Numbered from the stretch's first letter, positions 31,103 to 45,800 are shown. The stretch is 64,000 nt of DNA from Thraustochytrium aureum (GCA_012862495.1 BLSG01000310.1:154592-218591); one strand, 5' to 3'. Notes: a model not told the origin generated them from the sequence alone. Made by a program: numbers and translations.

Positions 31103-33644
31103 CTAGGTTGCCGGCTGGCGGCCGCGGTTCTGCATGGCCTCGTGGTACTTTTTCTGGTACTCGAGAGCGGCCTCGTCCTTGTCACGGTTGAAATCCTCGA
31201 GCTGCGCAAAGTCCTTGCGCTCCGTGATGTACTTTTGGAAGGCCGGGGTGTACGTGCCGCGGCAGATCCAGTCGTCCGGGGCAGGGTCGCACTTCCAGTT
31301 GGCGGGATCAGCGTGCCAGCGCTTGGACTCCTCGTCGACGTTCTGGACCTTCCAGATGCGCACCTTGTTGAACTTGGAGTTGAAGACGTTGGTGAAGCGC
31401 GACTTGTCGACGGTGACGCCCGGCTTTTGGTCGCCGCTGTGCAACTTGTAGAGCAGCGAATTGGCCATGAAAGGCGAGGGCGTGCCCTTGCGGTCCAGGT
31501 AACCGAGCTTGGAGCACAGCGGGTCGCCGTCGCAGACCGAGCTGAAGACCGAGTTGGCAATGCGCGCAATGTGGGGCATCTTGGCGAGGTCGTCGCCGCC
31601 GCCGCCGGTCCACACGAGCACGTAGTCAGCGAGGTGGCGGATCATGCGGTGCGCCTGCTTTTCCTCCGAGACAAGGCAGCGGCCGAGCGTGGCGATGTGC
31701 TCGTGGTTCCACGTGTTGCCGTCGGCGATGGTGGTCCGCTTGGCGATGCCGCTGATCTGGTAGCCATAGTCCCACCAGGCCATCACGCGGCTGTCCTCGG
31801 GCGTGTTGTCGCGGAGCCAGTGGTACGCCTCGCGGTAGTCGTCGACGAGCACCTTGGTCCCGTCGCGGAGCTGGGCGTTGAACATGATCGACGGGTTGGA
31901 CATCGCCTTCGCCATGTAGTGGCAGTACTGGTGGAACTCGATTCCGCGCAGGACGAGCAGGTAAATCATAAACACGGCCATCAGCTTGCGCAGGTTGCTG
32001 TTCTTCTCGTACGCCACGTTGGACTGCTCGACAAAGGCGTCAAACTCTGGCCCGAGCAGGCCGGTCTCGCTCGAGCTCTTCTTGGACTTTTTCTTGCTGT
32101 TGTTGCTGTTGGCGGTGGCGGTGGTGGCGACGCTAGCAGCATCCGCGTCGCTGCCCCCGTCCGCGGCCTCGGCGCTGGCCGGAGTGTTCGAGAAAAACTG
32201 GTCCGAGATCCATTCGACGATCATCGCCAGCGCGACACCAGAAAGCGCCGCGCTGATGGCGCCGAGCAGGATGATGAGGCGTACCATCTTGGCCGAAAAA
32301 AAGTAGGCGATCGTGGCGTAGAGCGGGAGAAAGTACTTTGAGTCGTGCAGGCCGAAAAAAGTGCGCACGTAGCCGATCGGGGCCAGGTAGCATGCAAAGT
32401 GCAGGTACTGGTAGTACGCGTTGGCGCTGGCTGGCTGGTGCTCGGCGACCGAGTCCACGAGCGGGTTGCCCGTTCGCGTGTGTTGCACAAAGAGGCCGCG
32501 CACACGCGACGAGAGGGGGCCAAAGTAGCCCGTCGGGTACAGGTACGCGGCCACGATGCCCGCTGCGGCACCGGCCACAACGAATGCGTTGAAGCGCAGC
32601 TTGAGCACCTCCGCGCTGCTTGTGATCCCACGCGAGCGGCGCACGAGTTCGACAAAGTAGAGGACCTGCATGATGCCAAACACGCCGAGAGGGCCGATCT
32701 GCTCGAGCGACTTGATCGGCGTGAGCCCGACAACGGGGATCTGGATGGCGCCAAAGGTGCCGATCGCGTAGAAGAGCGTGTAGGCCCAGTAAAGCTTGGT
32801 CGTGAAGCGGCCCACAAAGACCAGGAAGATGGCGTGGATGCCCACCATGTTGACGACGAAGACGTAGCCTCCCCAGGCGGCGACCATGTACACGTAGGCG
32901 ATGCCAGCGATGATGCCGAACGGGATGGCGGAGGCCTCGTTGCGCAGCGCGCGGCACCAAAAGTAAAAGGTCATCGACATGGCGGTTACGGCAATCGACT
33001 CGTTGTCGTACCCGCCGCCCACGGACCGCATGATGTGCGCAGGGGATGCAGGACATGACCAAGGTCGCAAACGCGCCGGCGTTGCGCGAGGTCGAGCACT
33101 CGGCGGTCAGGAGACCCACGAAAAGCGAGGCGATCACGCCGAACCAAGCCGGCACGTAGCAGCAAACGTCGTTGAGGGACATCGGGTGCCCGGCCATCTG
33201 CAAAGCGTGCCAGATGGCCACGGAGGTGAGCTGCATTCCCGGGTAGATCGTTGTGCCGACGGGGCGTCCGATCGGGTACCAGGACTCGTGGTCGTACCAT
33301 CTGAAGAACTCCTTGACCCCGTGCTCGTGCAAGTACTCGGTCGCGCGGTAGTTGAACCAGGGGTCGAACTCGTGGATCACCAAGCCGTATTCGTTGATCG
33401 CGTACAGCCGAATCGTGTACGCAAGGTACATACTAAACGCCACGCACACCGCCCGCCCCAACCACCACAGCGGGCCATTCCGCGACCTGTGGAACGAGTC
33501 CTCCTCCTCGCCCCCTAGCAGCCCGTCGCCCACAGCATTAGCAGCGGCATCACCAGCAGGACGCGCGGCCTTTCCCGCCTCCTTCGCACCGTCCGCGCCG
33601 ACGTTGCCAGCGGCGCCGGCGCTCGCGTTCTTCTTGCGCGCCAT
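31103..33644 (-). CDS. STT3: Oligosaccharyltransferase catalytic subunit STT3; one frameshift ~33045
   Basis: IHEFDPWFNYR, WYPIGRPVGTTIYPG, RSVGGGYDNE, SVAEHQP, WWDYGYQI and DGNTWN. Confidence 0.97.
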
Positions 33645-35004
33645 CGGCGCAGGCCTCCTGTCCCCCAGCACCACCACCAATCACCCGCTCCTCGGCTCTC
33701 CCGCGATCGCTCGTTCGGGCTCTGCTGCTCTGCCGCCCGCCCGCCCGCGCGCCACCGCCGCCGCCCCGCCGCTCCTGCCGCTCCCCTGGATACAACCGCG
33801 CCNNNNNNNNNNNNNNNNNNNNNNNNNNNNNNNNNNNNNNNNNNNNNNNNNNNNNNNNNNNNNNNNNNNNNNNNNNNNNNNNNNNNNNNNNNNNNNNNNN
33901 NNNNNNNNNNNNNNNNNNNNNNNNNNNNNNNNNNNNNNNNNNNNNNNNNNNNNNNNNNNNNNNNNNNNNNNNNNNNNNNNNNNNNNNNNNNNNNNNNNNN
34001 NNNNNNNNNNNNNNNNNNNNNNNNNNNNNNNNNNNNNNNNNNNNNNNNNNNNNNNNNNNNNNNNNNNNNNNNNNNNNNNNNNNNNNNNNNNNNNNNNNNN
34101 NNNNNNNNNNNNNNNNNNNNNNNNNNNNNNNNNNNNNNNNNNNNNNNNNNNNNNNNNNNNNNNNNNNNNNNNNNNNNNNNNNNNNNNNNNNNNNNNNNNN
34201 NNNNNNNNNNNNNNNNNNNNNNNNNNNNNNNNNNNNNNNNNNNNNNNNNNNNNNNNNNNNNNNNNNNNNNNNNNNNNNNNNNNNNNNNNNNNNNNNNNNN
34301 NNNNNNNNNNNNNNNNNNNNNNNNNNNNNNNNNNNNNNNNNNNNNNNNNNNNNNNNNNNNNNNNNNNNNNNNNNNNNNNNNNNNNNNNNNNNNNNNNNNN
34401 NNNNNNNNNNNNNNNNNNNNNNNNNNNNNNNNNNNNNNNNNNNNNNNNNNNNNNNNNNNNNNNNNNNNNNNNNNNNNNNNNNNNNNNNNNNNNNNNNNNN
34501 NNNNNNNNNNNNNNNNNNNNNNNNNNNNNNNNNNNNNNNNNNNNNNNNNNNNNNNNNNGCCCTCTCGCGTGACGGCGACTGCACTTTTCGTGAACCGACC
34601 TGCGCGAGGTGCGTGTCTTCGAAGGCCTGCGCGAAGACCGTTCATTCCCTGGTGGTGGCGGGAGGTCCTCGCCGCGCGCTTTGCGCATCCTCCTCCATGC
34701 CTGGAACTGGGGCTTGGCGGCGCGCATGAATTGCCTCTAACGCCGTGGCTTCCCTCGCGTTGCGTTCCTTGCAGTGTAACCGGTCCATGGCATCGAGTGC
34801 CACAAGCAGATCGCCGGGGTCTGCGCGGAAGCTCACACCTCGTCGATGAACAAGAGGATGCAAAAGTGCTCTTTTTATTCTCTGGCCCGCTGTTATCTTG
34901 TAGGATCGAGAGAATGCTCGTGCAGAAAATAATAGAGGGAATGGGGTTGTGGTGGGGAGGGTCCTCGCAGAGACGCATCGCGCGCAGGACAGTTGGGGGC
35001 TGAG

Positions 35005-36845
35005 ATGGCGGACGCCGCGCCTTCCGGCTCCGCGCCTTCCGGCTCCGCGCCTTCCGGCTCCACGCCTTCCGGCTCCACGCCTTCCGGCTCCGCGCCGTCC
35101 GGCTCCGCGCAGGATGTCGGCAAGCTGGAGAACGCCACCGCCGAGCCCGCCGCCGCGAAAGATGGCGGCGAGCAAGCGTTGGACGAGCAGGACGGCGACG
35201 GCGCGGCGCTGAGCGAGTCGATCAAAGCGCTGAGCGCGATGGCTGGCGCGAGGGAGGAGCGCCTTGTTCGGGCGCAAGAGGGCGGCGCCGAGGCGAGCAA
35301 CTTTGCTTGCGAGTTTTGCCCCAAGCAGTACGTGAACAAGTACGACCTGCGCACGCATGTGCAGTCGTTCCATCAGGGGCGCCGCTTCGTGTGCAAAGAC
35401 TGCGGAAAGGAATTCAACTACAAAAGCCTCCTCAAGCGGCACATGCAGTGCGTTCATCGGCAAGTCAAGTTCGAGTGCTCCGAGTGCGAGAGCGCCTTCA
35501 GCGACAAGTCAAGTCTTTCCAAGCACCACAAGACAGCGCACGAGGGGAAGCGCTACATTTGCAGCCTGTGTGACAAGACCTTTGCATTCAGCAACGGACT
35601 ACGAGCGCACATACAGAGCTCGCATGAAGGAAAGCGGTTCAAGTGCCCCCTGTGCGACATCGAGACAACCAAAAAGTGCAACCTCGCGAAGCACATCAAA
35701 CGGTTCCACGTAGGTAAAGCACCCAAACTGCAGCAGCGCTTCACGTGCGCGCTCTGCGGCAAGGTCTTCAATCTCAAGGGCAAGCTGACCCAGCACCAGC
35801 GCGTTCACAGACAGCACGAGTCCGCCGCAGCGAGGCAGCACGGCGACGACCTTGGGAATGCAGACCGAGCTGCAGACGCGCAAGTCATTCCCGAGAAGGC
35901 CGCCTCCCTTGGCGCGCAGCACAACGAGGAGCTCGCCCATCAAGCGGGGCAAGGTCACATAGACGAACAGGTCGAAGGGCAGCTCACAAACAAGGCGCCC
36001 TTGGATGTGCAAGCCGGCCGAGGCGAGGCAAAGCGGGCTGCAGGCGCGACGCTGAAGAAACGTCGGCCCGAGGGAGGCCTCGAAGCGGATAAACCCCCCA
36101 AGTCGCTCAAGGTTCGGAAACCTCTGGATGGCCCGAGCCCCAATCCAACCTGCGAGCTTGGCCGCTCGCCTGACGCCAAGGCNCACCAGGGGCNCCCGGC
36201 CGCGCTAGCCCATGCAGAGTCGGACGAGCATTCCNNNNNNNNNNNNNNNNNNNNNNNNNNNNNNNNNNNNNNNNNNNNNNNNNNNNNNNNNNNNNNNNNN
36301 NNNNNNNNNNNNNNNNNNNNNNNNNNNNNNNNNNNNNNNNNNNNNNNNNNNNNNNNNNNNNNNNNNNNNNNNNNNNNNNNNNNNNNNNNNNNNNNNNNNN
36401 NNNNNNNNNNNNNNNNNNNNNNNNNNNNNNNNNNNNNNNNNNNNNNNNNNNNNNNNNNNNNNNNNNNNNNNNNNNNNNNNNNNNNNNNNNNNNNNNNNNN
36501 NNNNNNNNNNNNNNNNNNNNNNNNNNNNNNNNNNNNNNNNNNNNNNNNNNNNNNNNNNNNNNNNNNNNNNNNNNNNNNNNNNNNNNNNNNNNNNNNNNNN
36601 NNNNNNNNNNNNNNNNNNNNNNNNNNNNNNNNNNNNNNNNNNNNNNNNNNNNNNNNNNNNNNNNNNNNNNNNNNNNNNNNNNNNNNNNNNNNNNNNNNNN
36701 NNNNNNNNNNNNNNNNNNNNNNNNNNNNNNNNNNNNNNNNNNNNNNNNNNNNNNNNNNNNNNNNNNNNNNNNNNNNNNNNNNNNNNNNNNGGACGAGCAT
36801 TCCTCCGTCGGCCACGACCACGACGAGTACCAGGGCGAAGTGTAG
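35005..36845 (+). CDS. C2H2 zinc-finger protein with six fingers; end inferred by closing a gap with duplicated flanks
   Basis: CEFC..H..H, CKDC, CSEC, CSLC, CPLC and CALC fingers with (H)EGKR-type linkers. Closing the gap gives ...SDEHSSVGHDHDEYQGEV*. Confidence 0.9.
35016..35110 (+). repeat. 15-bp coding minisatellite, ~6 units, encoding (A/T)PSGS
   Basis: Tandem gcgccttccggctcc / acgccttccggctcc. Confidence 0.9.
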
Positions 36846-37999
36846 GCCTGCGTGGGCAGACTCCAGAGGCCCCATTCCGCTCCTCATAATGTCAAATCTA
36901 AAGTGTCAACGGGACCGGTCTGGGTCGCGTCGCGCGGGGGTGCCTCTTCCAGACTGGCCAAAAGGGGAGTCTTCGCCGCAGTGAAGATAATAGCACCTTG
37001 CCTTCGTGATCGAGGCCACTGGTGGCTGGGGCGCACAGGCTCAGGCTTTCTCCGGTTATCTACAGCAGCTCCACCGAGAGGTTGCTTGGAGGGAGCAACA
37101 CCTTCGATCCGCGGGCGACGATCGTCGTCGCGGCCGTTTCGTGTCAACATTGCAAGGCCATTATTCGCCAGGCTCTTCGCCACCTTCAGACTTTTGGTCT
37201 TCAGTCTGCAGCGGTTCCCGTGGGACTGGTCTGGGGTCTCTTCAGCCCGCGGCCTCTGTCGCGCACAGTCACCAGCTGCCGCTGGAGCGTCTTTTCCGTA
37301 GTTAAACCCCAGCACCGGTACCACCATGGATCAAAGCAGAACAAAAGCGCAGTCGACATGAGCTCGTCCTTGCCAGCTGAACACGGACCGCGCCCCGCCC
37401 GCGGGGTTGTAGTAAACAAGCAAGCAAGGCCCTCGAGAATGGAATGCTCTGGCGAGCATGATCGCCATGATCGTCAGCGAGCGGACACGAAATTAAATCG
37501 ATTGGGCTGGCGCCAGGCAGGCGGGAGTTCAATCGGTTGAATGTATCTTGGCGCTCGATGGAGCAGAGCGGCAACGCAGCAGAGCAGCGGCGGCGGCGGC
37601 GGCGGCGGCGGCGAAACGCAGCGGCAAAGCAGCAGTACGAAGGCGAACGCAGCAATAGCGCAAGCATCGAGGAGCAGCTTCCAAAGCATCGGTGGATCCC
37701 TGCGGCCGCGAGGAGGAGGCCGTCGTTCGTCTGACTCGCACTTTTGGGTTGCCCCCGCCAACGCCGGCCTCCACGCGTTCGCGGCGTGCGTGGCGCGTGC
37801 GTGGATTGCCGTCGATTGCTTTGGCAGACGCCGGCGCCCACGCAGTCGCGGCGCGCTCGGCGCGTGCTTGGATTGGTTTGGGTGCTGTGGCAGACACGGG
37901 CGCCCACGCAGTCGAGGCGAGCGGCTGGCGCTTGGCGCTCTGACGTGCGCCTGTGCTTGAGCGAGGGCGGCGCTGCGACGTAGCCGCGAGCCCGGGAAT

Positions 38000-40900
38000 A
38001 TGGGGGCCTCGCGCGAGGTGCCTGTCGTCGAGTTCGATGACGCGAGGTGGACCTGGCGGGATGTCGCCGCACTGGGCAGCGCCTCTTGCGGGGACGACGA
38101 GGCCGGCAGCGAGTTCGCCGACACAGTGCCCAACGGGCGCGCCGCGGAAGACGTTGCTGGTTCATTCTGGATCCCGTGCGGCGAGAGCGGCGCGAATCGC
38201 CTCGTCATATGGCGGTGCCTCGCTGGCGCCAGTGCGATCGACGTGCTGGAGGTCGACTTGCGCCGTGACCTCGCTGGCTGTGCGGCGCGGATCGCACTCC
38301 CAGCAGGTAGCCTCGTCGTTCGAAGCGGAATTTCGTGGTTTGACAAGGGTGATCGGCTGGCGCTATGCGTCGCTGGCGTCGATGGGAGCGCCCATATTTG
38401 CTGGTTTGACATGCACCCGAACGCCACTGTGGCGAGCGGACGCAGGCCGGCGGCCGGAACGTCTTTCCTCGCGGGAGGCAAGGACTCGGACAGGCTCGGC
38501 AGGAGCGAGTCGAAAAGATTTCAGACCCTCACGAGCGAGGCAAGCGGCGCGGGGGAGCGCGTTGCGCGCACGTGTGCGTGGTTCCAGGACGCCAAGGGGA
38601 TNNNNNNNNNNNNNNNNNNNNNNNNNNNNNNNNNNNNNNNNNNNNNNNNNNNNNNNNNNNNNNNNNNGTCACTGGCCCGCCGCCTGTGGGGTGGCCTCCT
38701 GAAGCGACCCGCGCGCGTCGCGACTGGCGACGTTGGCACCGGGGCGGTTACGGCCGCCAACCGCATCGTTTTGCTCGAAGCGCTTTGCCGCCGGGAGACC
38801 GAGTACGACGACACGTTTGTCCTCGCTGTCTATGGTGATGGAAAGCTCCGCCTGTGGTCCTTGACGCAGCGCTCGTGCCGCGCCGAGGTCGATCTCCTTG
38901 TCCTGTACGCCGCTGCTGCCAAGCGCGCCGGGCTCGAACCGCCCCCGACCCAAGCCGCAGCGGAGTCAGCTTGGGCCGTGCGTGCCCCTCCAACCCCTGG
39001 CGACGGCGACGGCGCCGCTGGAAAACGATCGATGCGGCTAGTGATCGGCCTGCAACTTGCTGCGGCAAAGCCCCTGCTCTTCACCCTCGGCGGCTCCCTG
39101 ACCACCAACCAGGTGAGCCTCGATGCAGCCGTCGCGCCCCTCTTCGTCGACCCAGCCCTGGTGCGCGGCTTCCGGCTCGTGGACCTTGCCGCGGCGGCGG
39201 ATCGACTGCACACAGTCTGGTGGAAGCCTGTTTCGGGCTCGAGTACGGTCGTCCTCGTCCACGACCTGGGCGCCAACGCGATTGTTGAATCGTCCCCGGG
39301 ACGGCCAGCGCCGCTCCAGCTTGCACGAAGCGCCGCGATTACCCTCGACCGCGACCGGGCGGCCCTACTCGCCGAGGACGACCTTGCCTGCAGAGGAGCC
39401 GACCTCGACGCCGCGTTTTTGCGCCGCCTCAGCGTGCCTGGGCGTTTCTCTACCGCGGAGCTGCAACAGGGCCTCCTGTCGAGCTTTGGCGGGAGCTCCG
39501 GCGAGACGGAAGAGCACCTGGCCGCAGCGGTGCATCATGCTGCCAGCACGGCGGCGGCCTCCAAGTTGGGAGGCGCGCATCTGCAGCAGCTCGTTCGCCT
39601 CGCCGTGCTCGACGTGGCTCGAGCGCGCGTGAAACGGCTGGCCCAACTCGTCGTCAGCGAGGACCCGGCTCTCCTACCTGGCTCGAAGACCAATGCGGTT
39701 GCCGACGTATGGAAGAGCCTCGTGCAGGACTGCGAGGCTTGCTGGCTGCGCGGCCACGAGCCTCTGCGCGTTTCACTCGCGCTGCGCCCCTCGGCTGGCG
39801 CTGACGATGCCGTGTTTGACTATGTGCTCGTTCGGCGCTCGCGGCTTACGGGAATGCGCCCCGCAGACTGGCCGGAGGCTGCTTTCATGGGCGGCGAAAA
39901 CGGCGCTGCTCTTGGTTCGGCGTTCGCCGAGTTTAGCGGGCTCATGGACGTGGCGCGCGAATCGGCCGACTGGGTTCCTGATTCGCTCGTGGCTGGGGCA
40001 GTGTTCTCTAGCGAGTCCCCCTACGCCCGCGGCCCGGACGCGGTCGTCGCCGAGATGCGCGCCGCACTTGCCACAAAGGGCGACTTTGTTGACCTGCAAA
40101 ACATGGTCGCTCCGCTCGTGCGCCAGTTCGGCAGCCCCTCCGCGCTTCACGCCTGCTTGGAGCGGGCTCTAGACGAGCTCGTAGCCATGCCAGCGACTGG
40201 CGGAGCGCCGCACCCACCGAGTGCGTCTCATCGGCCGACCGAAAGCTGCCTGCTCGCCCTCATGCACACCTATGCGCTTCAACAGGCGTTACGGGCGCAC
40301 CTTGCGCTCGGCTGTTCCGCGCTACTTGCGTTCTTGGCGCTTGCGCAGGGCATTCCAGGGCATGACGCCTATTTCGACGAGTTTCGCGGCGGCTGCACCG
40401 CTCTGCCGCGGCGCGCGGCGGTGCGTTGTAGCGCTGTAGCCGCGGCGCTTTGGCTCGCGCAACAGCCCCCGATCGAGGTCCCGGTTCAAATGGACTGGAT
40501 CCGCCGCACCACCGACCCATCTGGCGCGCAACGACGATCTAGCGCCGCTGCGAGCAGCGCTCGGGGGACGGACCTGGGCACCCAGTCTGTGCTCGGGCTT
40601 TGGGTCGAATCCGAGCTGGAGGCGGGCGAGGTGTCCGTCGCAGGTTCGCCGTCGCTCGTTTTGCGGGCGTGCAACCTAGAGGGCGAGCTCCTTGCTTTCC
40701 TTGACCGCTCGCAGCAGTACCATGTGCTGGATGTGGTGGCCAAAGTTGCGCGACATACAAGCGCCGAGCTCGATGCCTCCAGCAACGAGACCAACCCGGC
40801 GCCCCTGTACGAAGGGTTCTCCAAGCTTCAATTGGCCGTCGGCCGGGACCGCAGCACGTACCTGGCCCTTCTGCAGGCCAAGAGCTACCTCTGGCGCGCC

Positions 40901-42744
40901 TCGTCGGGGCCTGCCGTGGAGCGCGCCCGCTGGGTAGAGGCCGCGCTTGGCAGTTTGCAAGCAGCCGCGCCGCGTGAGGATGCCGATGCAGCTTGCGCGT
41001 CAGACTCCAAGCCGCGCCTCGTCGAGTTTTCGATCATGGCGATGACCCTATTTGAGCGAGCCAAACTGCCCAAGCTTGCGCTCGAGTTTGCGCTTCGCAC
41101 CCTAAATCTGCAGAGCTGCAGCGACGAGGAGAGGAACAAGTTCTGCAGCAACATATTTTCGCTGTCCCTCGACATCAAGGACTACCGGCAGGCCTTTGCG
41201 GCATCGCGCCTGAACAAGGACGGCAAGTACCTAAGCCAGCTGGTTTCCACCTTGGTGGAGCGCGGGGACATTCGCGACCTGTGCGAGCTCCCGCTTCAGA
41301 CTTGTGGGGAGCTAGAGTGGGGCAAATCCGTCATGAAGACGCTGTTCCGCAAGATGGAAGAAAACCCGCCGCTNNNNNNNNNNNNNNNNNNNNNNNNNNN
41401 NNNNNNNNNNNNNNNNNNNNNNNNNNNNNNNNNNNNNNNNNNNNNNNNNNNNNNNNNNNNNNNNNNNNNNNNNNNNNNNNNNNNNNNNNNNNNNNNNNNN
41501 NNNNNNNNNNNNNNNNNNNNGAAGAAAACCCGCCGCTGATCGACATCCCGCGCGGGACGCACAGGCCGACTTTCTACCACCACGTCTACGCCTTTTGCGT
41601 GAGCCATGTCCGCTTCAACGAGGCGGCCAAGTGCATGTACCTCATGGCGCATCGACTCCAGGAGGAAGTGCGCGCCCGCGCCGCAGGCTGCTGGACCGTC
41701 GACACCGCCGCCAAGCTCCAGTCCGCGCTGCAGTCGTGCTACTCGACGCTTCAGCTCGTGCCAGAGGGCAAGCGGTCGATCTTCCTCAACCTCAAGCCTC
41801 GGTACTTTTGGGTCCCCGGTGACGAGGACTTGCGCGACGCGGACATGGCAGGCAACGAGGAGGACCCTGCTGGCGCTGGCCATTGCGCCCACGCGATCTC
41901 CGCTGACGTTGTCTTCAAGATGTTTGTGATTGCCAAGCTGGCTGCCCGGCTCTTGGCCAAGGCCGAGCGCGGCCGCCGCGGGGCCAAGCCGGTCTCGCTA
42001 GCCTGGGACCGCTTGCACCCCGAGTCGCTTGTTCTTGACCTCGTTCGCGCGGGCGAGTCCGAGGGCGCCGCAACGCTCATCGACGCGTTTGACTTGGACG
42101 CCACTGTTATGTTCCAGTCGCTCACCGCCGCGTGTGTGGACGAACCATACACAAGCGAAGCGTGGCGCAAGATCCAGCAGCACCTCGTGGACTTGGATGT
42201 GGTCATGGGCAAGGACATGCGCACACGCAAGCCAGTGAAGACGCAGACGTTTCGGTATCACGAGGTGGTACTCAACACGTTGCTGCGCTTGCGTCCGCGT
42301 GCCGAGCTACCGCTGTGGCTCGTCAGCTCGTTCCTTCGCTGGGGCGAGTTCAATCGTGGCCTGATCAGCAACGCCGACGTCTTTTCCAAGCCCTTAGGAC
42401 GGTCCAAGCTGGACGGCGATACCAAGAGCCGCGACCCGGCGCTGCTGCTCCGCCTGCTTGTGCAGCACGGCCGCGCTGAGGAGGCAGCAAAGCTGGCGTG
42501 CGACTTGGTATCGTTTATTTCAGCGCAAAAGCCGGTCTTCACCTCGAGCAAGAGTGTTGCATCGTGCCCTCCCACGGTGCCGATACGAACGCTTGATCTC
42601 GTTCTTTCTCGTTGCGAGGCAATTGGCTCCACGTCGGCCCTGGAATCGGCAGCGAGTCTGAGGGAGGCGCTCAGGGAATTGGCGTCATGCTTTGCAGGGA
42701 TTCCTGCCGAGGGCACGGCGCTCTGGCGCAACATGCAGCCTTGA
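38000..42744 (+). CDS. NUP160: Nucleoporin Nup160 (Y-complex)
   Basis: About 1500 aa propeller plus solenoid. Motifs LAVYGDGKLRLWSL, SNIFSLSLDIKDYRQAF, FYHHVYAF...EAAKCMYLMAHRL, LPLWLVSSF and DPALLLRLLVQHGRAEEA. Confidence 0.85.
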
Positions 42745-42894
42745 CCGCTGCAGGCCCCGGGCGCGGAATAGGTAGGCAACGCGTCGCCGACGTGCCTCTA
42801 AAACCATCGAGAGCGCGTAAAGATGCTTTGCTTCCACTTGTATGATATGTCTCCCGCGCGCAGCAGTCTCCGATCAAAGACGCATGCAACTCTT

Positions 42895-45800
42895 TCAATC
42901 CGCTCGGTCCCCGTCAGTGGCAGGAAGTGGCAACACGGCGACCTCACGCCGCGGCGGGCACAGCGGCAGAGGTATTCCCGCGAGCTGAATCTCCAGGTTT
43001 GCGCAGCTTTCTGTAGCGCGCCGAGAGGCCGTGGCAGCTTGATCAGCTAGGGCACGTAAACGCTCCTCGCTGGCCACGCGATCTGCACGAGCGCGCGCGA
43101 GCCGCCGCCCCACCTCCAAAACGCTTGGCCCCTTGGCCTGGTGCAATTTGGCCAGAACGACCCCAAACCTGTCAGCGTCCTGCTGGTCGCGGGCCAAAAG
43201 GTCGGCCGCTTGTCGTGTGAACGTAGCCACAATTCGGCGAAACGCGCCAATCGTAAGGTCCTCGGAGAAGGCGTAGGTGCCGTCCTTTTTCAACCTGATC
43301 TCGCCGTTCATGTTGATCACGTTGGCCTTCTCCACCAAAACCTCCTTCGCCTCGGGGCACGTTGCGGCAATCTTGAGCAAGAGGCGGGTGCATTCGCAAG
43401 ACTCCGAAAAGGCTTTGGCGGCCTCGCTTTGCTCCTTGATTGGCGCACGCCGCTTGGCTTCGAGGACTTGGGTAAAGTATGCGGGCAGCGCGACCAGGGC
43501 CTCCTCGGCCATGGCCGCGACTTCTCCGAACGCTTTGACCTTGTCTTGCACGCGTCGCAGCTCTGCGGCCCGTCGCTCCCAAATTCGCTCGCGACTCGCT
43601 TTGAGGCGCTCCTCAAGCTCGGCCAATACCGCACGCAGGTGCGCCTCGGCATCGTGGAATCTCGTCCGTTCCAGCAGCTCGAGCGCCGTGGCCTTTTCTA
43701 CTTGTCTCAGTGTGTCGCGCGCGTCCTGCAGCTCGACTGCGAGAGCATGAGCGCGCGCCACCTCCGCGCGAATCCGGCTCTCGCCATACGCAAGCGCCCC
43801 GCCTATGCTGCAGACTCCAGGCTCGGGCTCGACGAGGTCGTGCCCCAAGCCGTGGTGGGTCAAGATACGCAAGCTTGGAAGGCCTGACACGGGGTTCAAA
43901 AACGCAAAGCCAACCGCTCCGCCAGCGCAGACCATGTCGAGGCGCTCGAAGCGTCCAAAGGAGCGTGGCGGCTCCTCGACCCAGCGGTCTCCCAAACAAG
44001 ACCTGTCCGTGTCGTCTGCCCATACTGGGACTCCCACCTCTGCGAAGGAGGCGAGCTTCGGCGCTGCGCTGTCCCGGACAGTCGCAGTCCACGCACAGCG
44101 CGCGGACCTCGCTGACCATGCGACGATAACGCCCGCCGGCCTTTGGAAGGTTGCGCTGGAAGCCTCCCGAGCGTGCCACCCCAAAAGCAATTCGCACACC
44201 AGGTGACTCGCTGTCTCGCAGAGCCCTTCGAACTCGTCTAGTGGAACGCCGAGCGGAAGAACGAGATGCTGCCCTGCAAAGCGCCCTGGGTTGGCGCGGA
44301 TGTCGTCGATTCGGCGGCAAAGACACCCGAGGACTTCGTCTCGGCTTGACGAGGCGACGTGCGTGGCGACCGCGAAGGGCCCGAATCGGGCCCATGCGGC
44401 GGTGCCTTGTGCGGACATGAGCTGCCCGCCGCCTGCTCCCCCAGCAATGCAATTGAACGCTGTGGCGAGCACACGCTCGAATTCTGGTGCCTCCAGTGTC
44501 GCTAGGCTCGATGTGCCAGCATCGAGCGGCGCCGGCGGTGCGAGGCCCCCGATGTGGACGATGCCCAGAAAAGGCGGGGTTTCCACTTCCGCGAGCGCCG
44601 CCAACGCGCTCCATGCGTTTGCTTCTGCGCACAGAACCGAAAACTTTGGATTGGCAAGGACCAGAGCTTGGCAGCCGGCAGACTCGCCATCCGGCTGCGC
44701 AGAATCGGACCAGCGCCCGTGCTTCGACTCCATCCAGATGGACTTGGTACCGCTCCCCGGGTCGCAGCACATTGCCGTCCCGGTTCAGTGAGATAACAGT
44801 CGTGGTTTCACTGGGCAGATTCATGTGCAAAACGTCGACAATGCGTCCTGTCCTTGCGGCAACCAGCGCGACTCGAACCGTGGCATCGCGCTCGGGTTGG
44901 AGGGCAATTGCTTGGCCTTGCAGGAGAATGGGCCCAAGCGCAAGGCGCGGAGCCCGGCCTTCACAGCCGTAGAGCGAAAGGATTGTGCTGAGTGCCATGC
45001 CAGAAAAGCCGAGCTCTGGCGCATGACGGCCGCCGCCTTGCGTGCGGAAGGCGCCCTTGAACGAGACGGCCGCTCTGGAGGCTGGCTTAGCGGTGTCGTT
45101 GTCGTTGTCGTTGTCATTGTCATTGCCCAGTACCACTTGGAGAATGAGCGAAGGGTGCAGGGCGACATCTGTGCTTTCTATCATACCGACACTCGATGCG
45201 AGGGTTTGCGAACATGAGATCACACAAACAGGCGGCGCTGACGTTTGGATGCTTGCTTTCCCGTGCGCTTCTCTGGAGGCGCGTCCCTGCCACTCTGCCA
45301 GGCTGTGCAAGAGCTCCTCGTTGGTCCTGCGCGCCTCTGGTGGCAGTGACTCGTTGCTGGTGCCCAAGAGCGGCTCGGTTTGCCCAGCAAGGACAAGGAC
45401 GAGCCGGGAGTGCGCAGCGGCCTGCTCTGACTCCAAGGCAAGGCAGAGGCGCTGCGAAAGCGAGTAGCGAGGGCCAACAGACAAGTCGGCAACCACCACG
45501 AGGGCGTCGCGAGCCGAAATCATGGAGAACGCCTCGCGCTCCCCGCCCGGTTCGGCTTGCACGCAGTCGTGCCGCAAGCCGCGAAGCTGGGCCCCATGCG
45601 TCAAGCCAGCCGTCTGCCTGGCTACGGCAATGACGAGCGAGTCGGGGGTAAGGCGGCTCTCTGGTAGTACATCAGGGTCGGGTACAACGAAAACCTCTGT
45701 TGGCCGTCCCAGCCAAAACGCGATTTCCGTCGGGAGCTCATTTGAGCCAGCTCGAGCCCCTTCAAATGCCAAGCGGTACTCTCTCCCTCGCGAAAGTTTG

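Noticed and set aside
36884..37540. Short ORFs between the C2H2 gene and NUP160, plus an imperfect ~67-bp duplication near 37800-37920
   Set aside because: No motifs or convincing codon bias, so I cannot support a gene or element.
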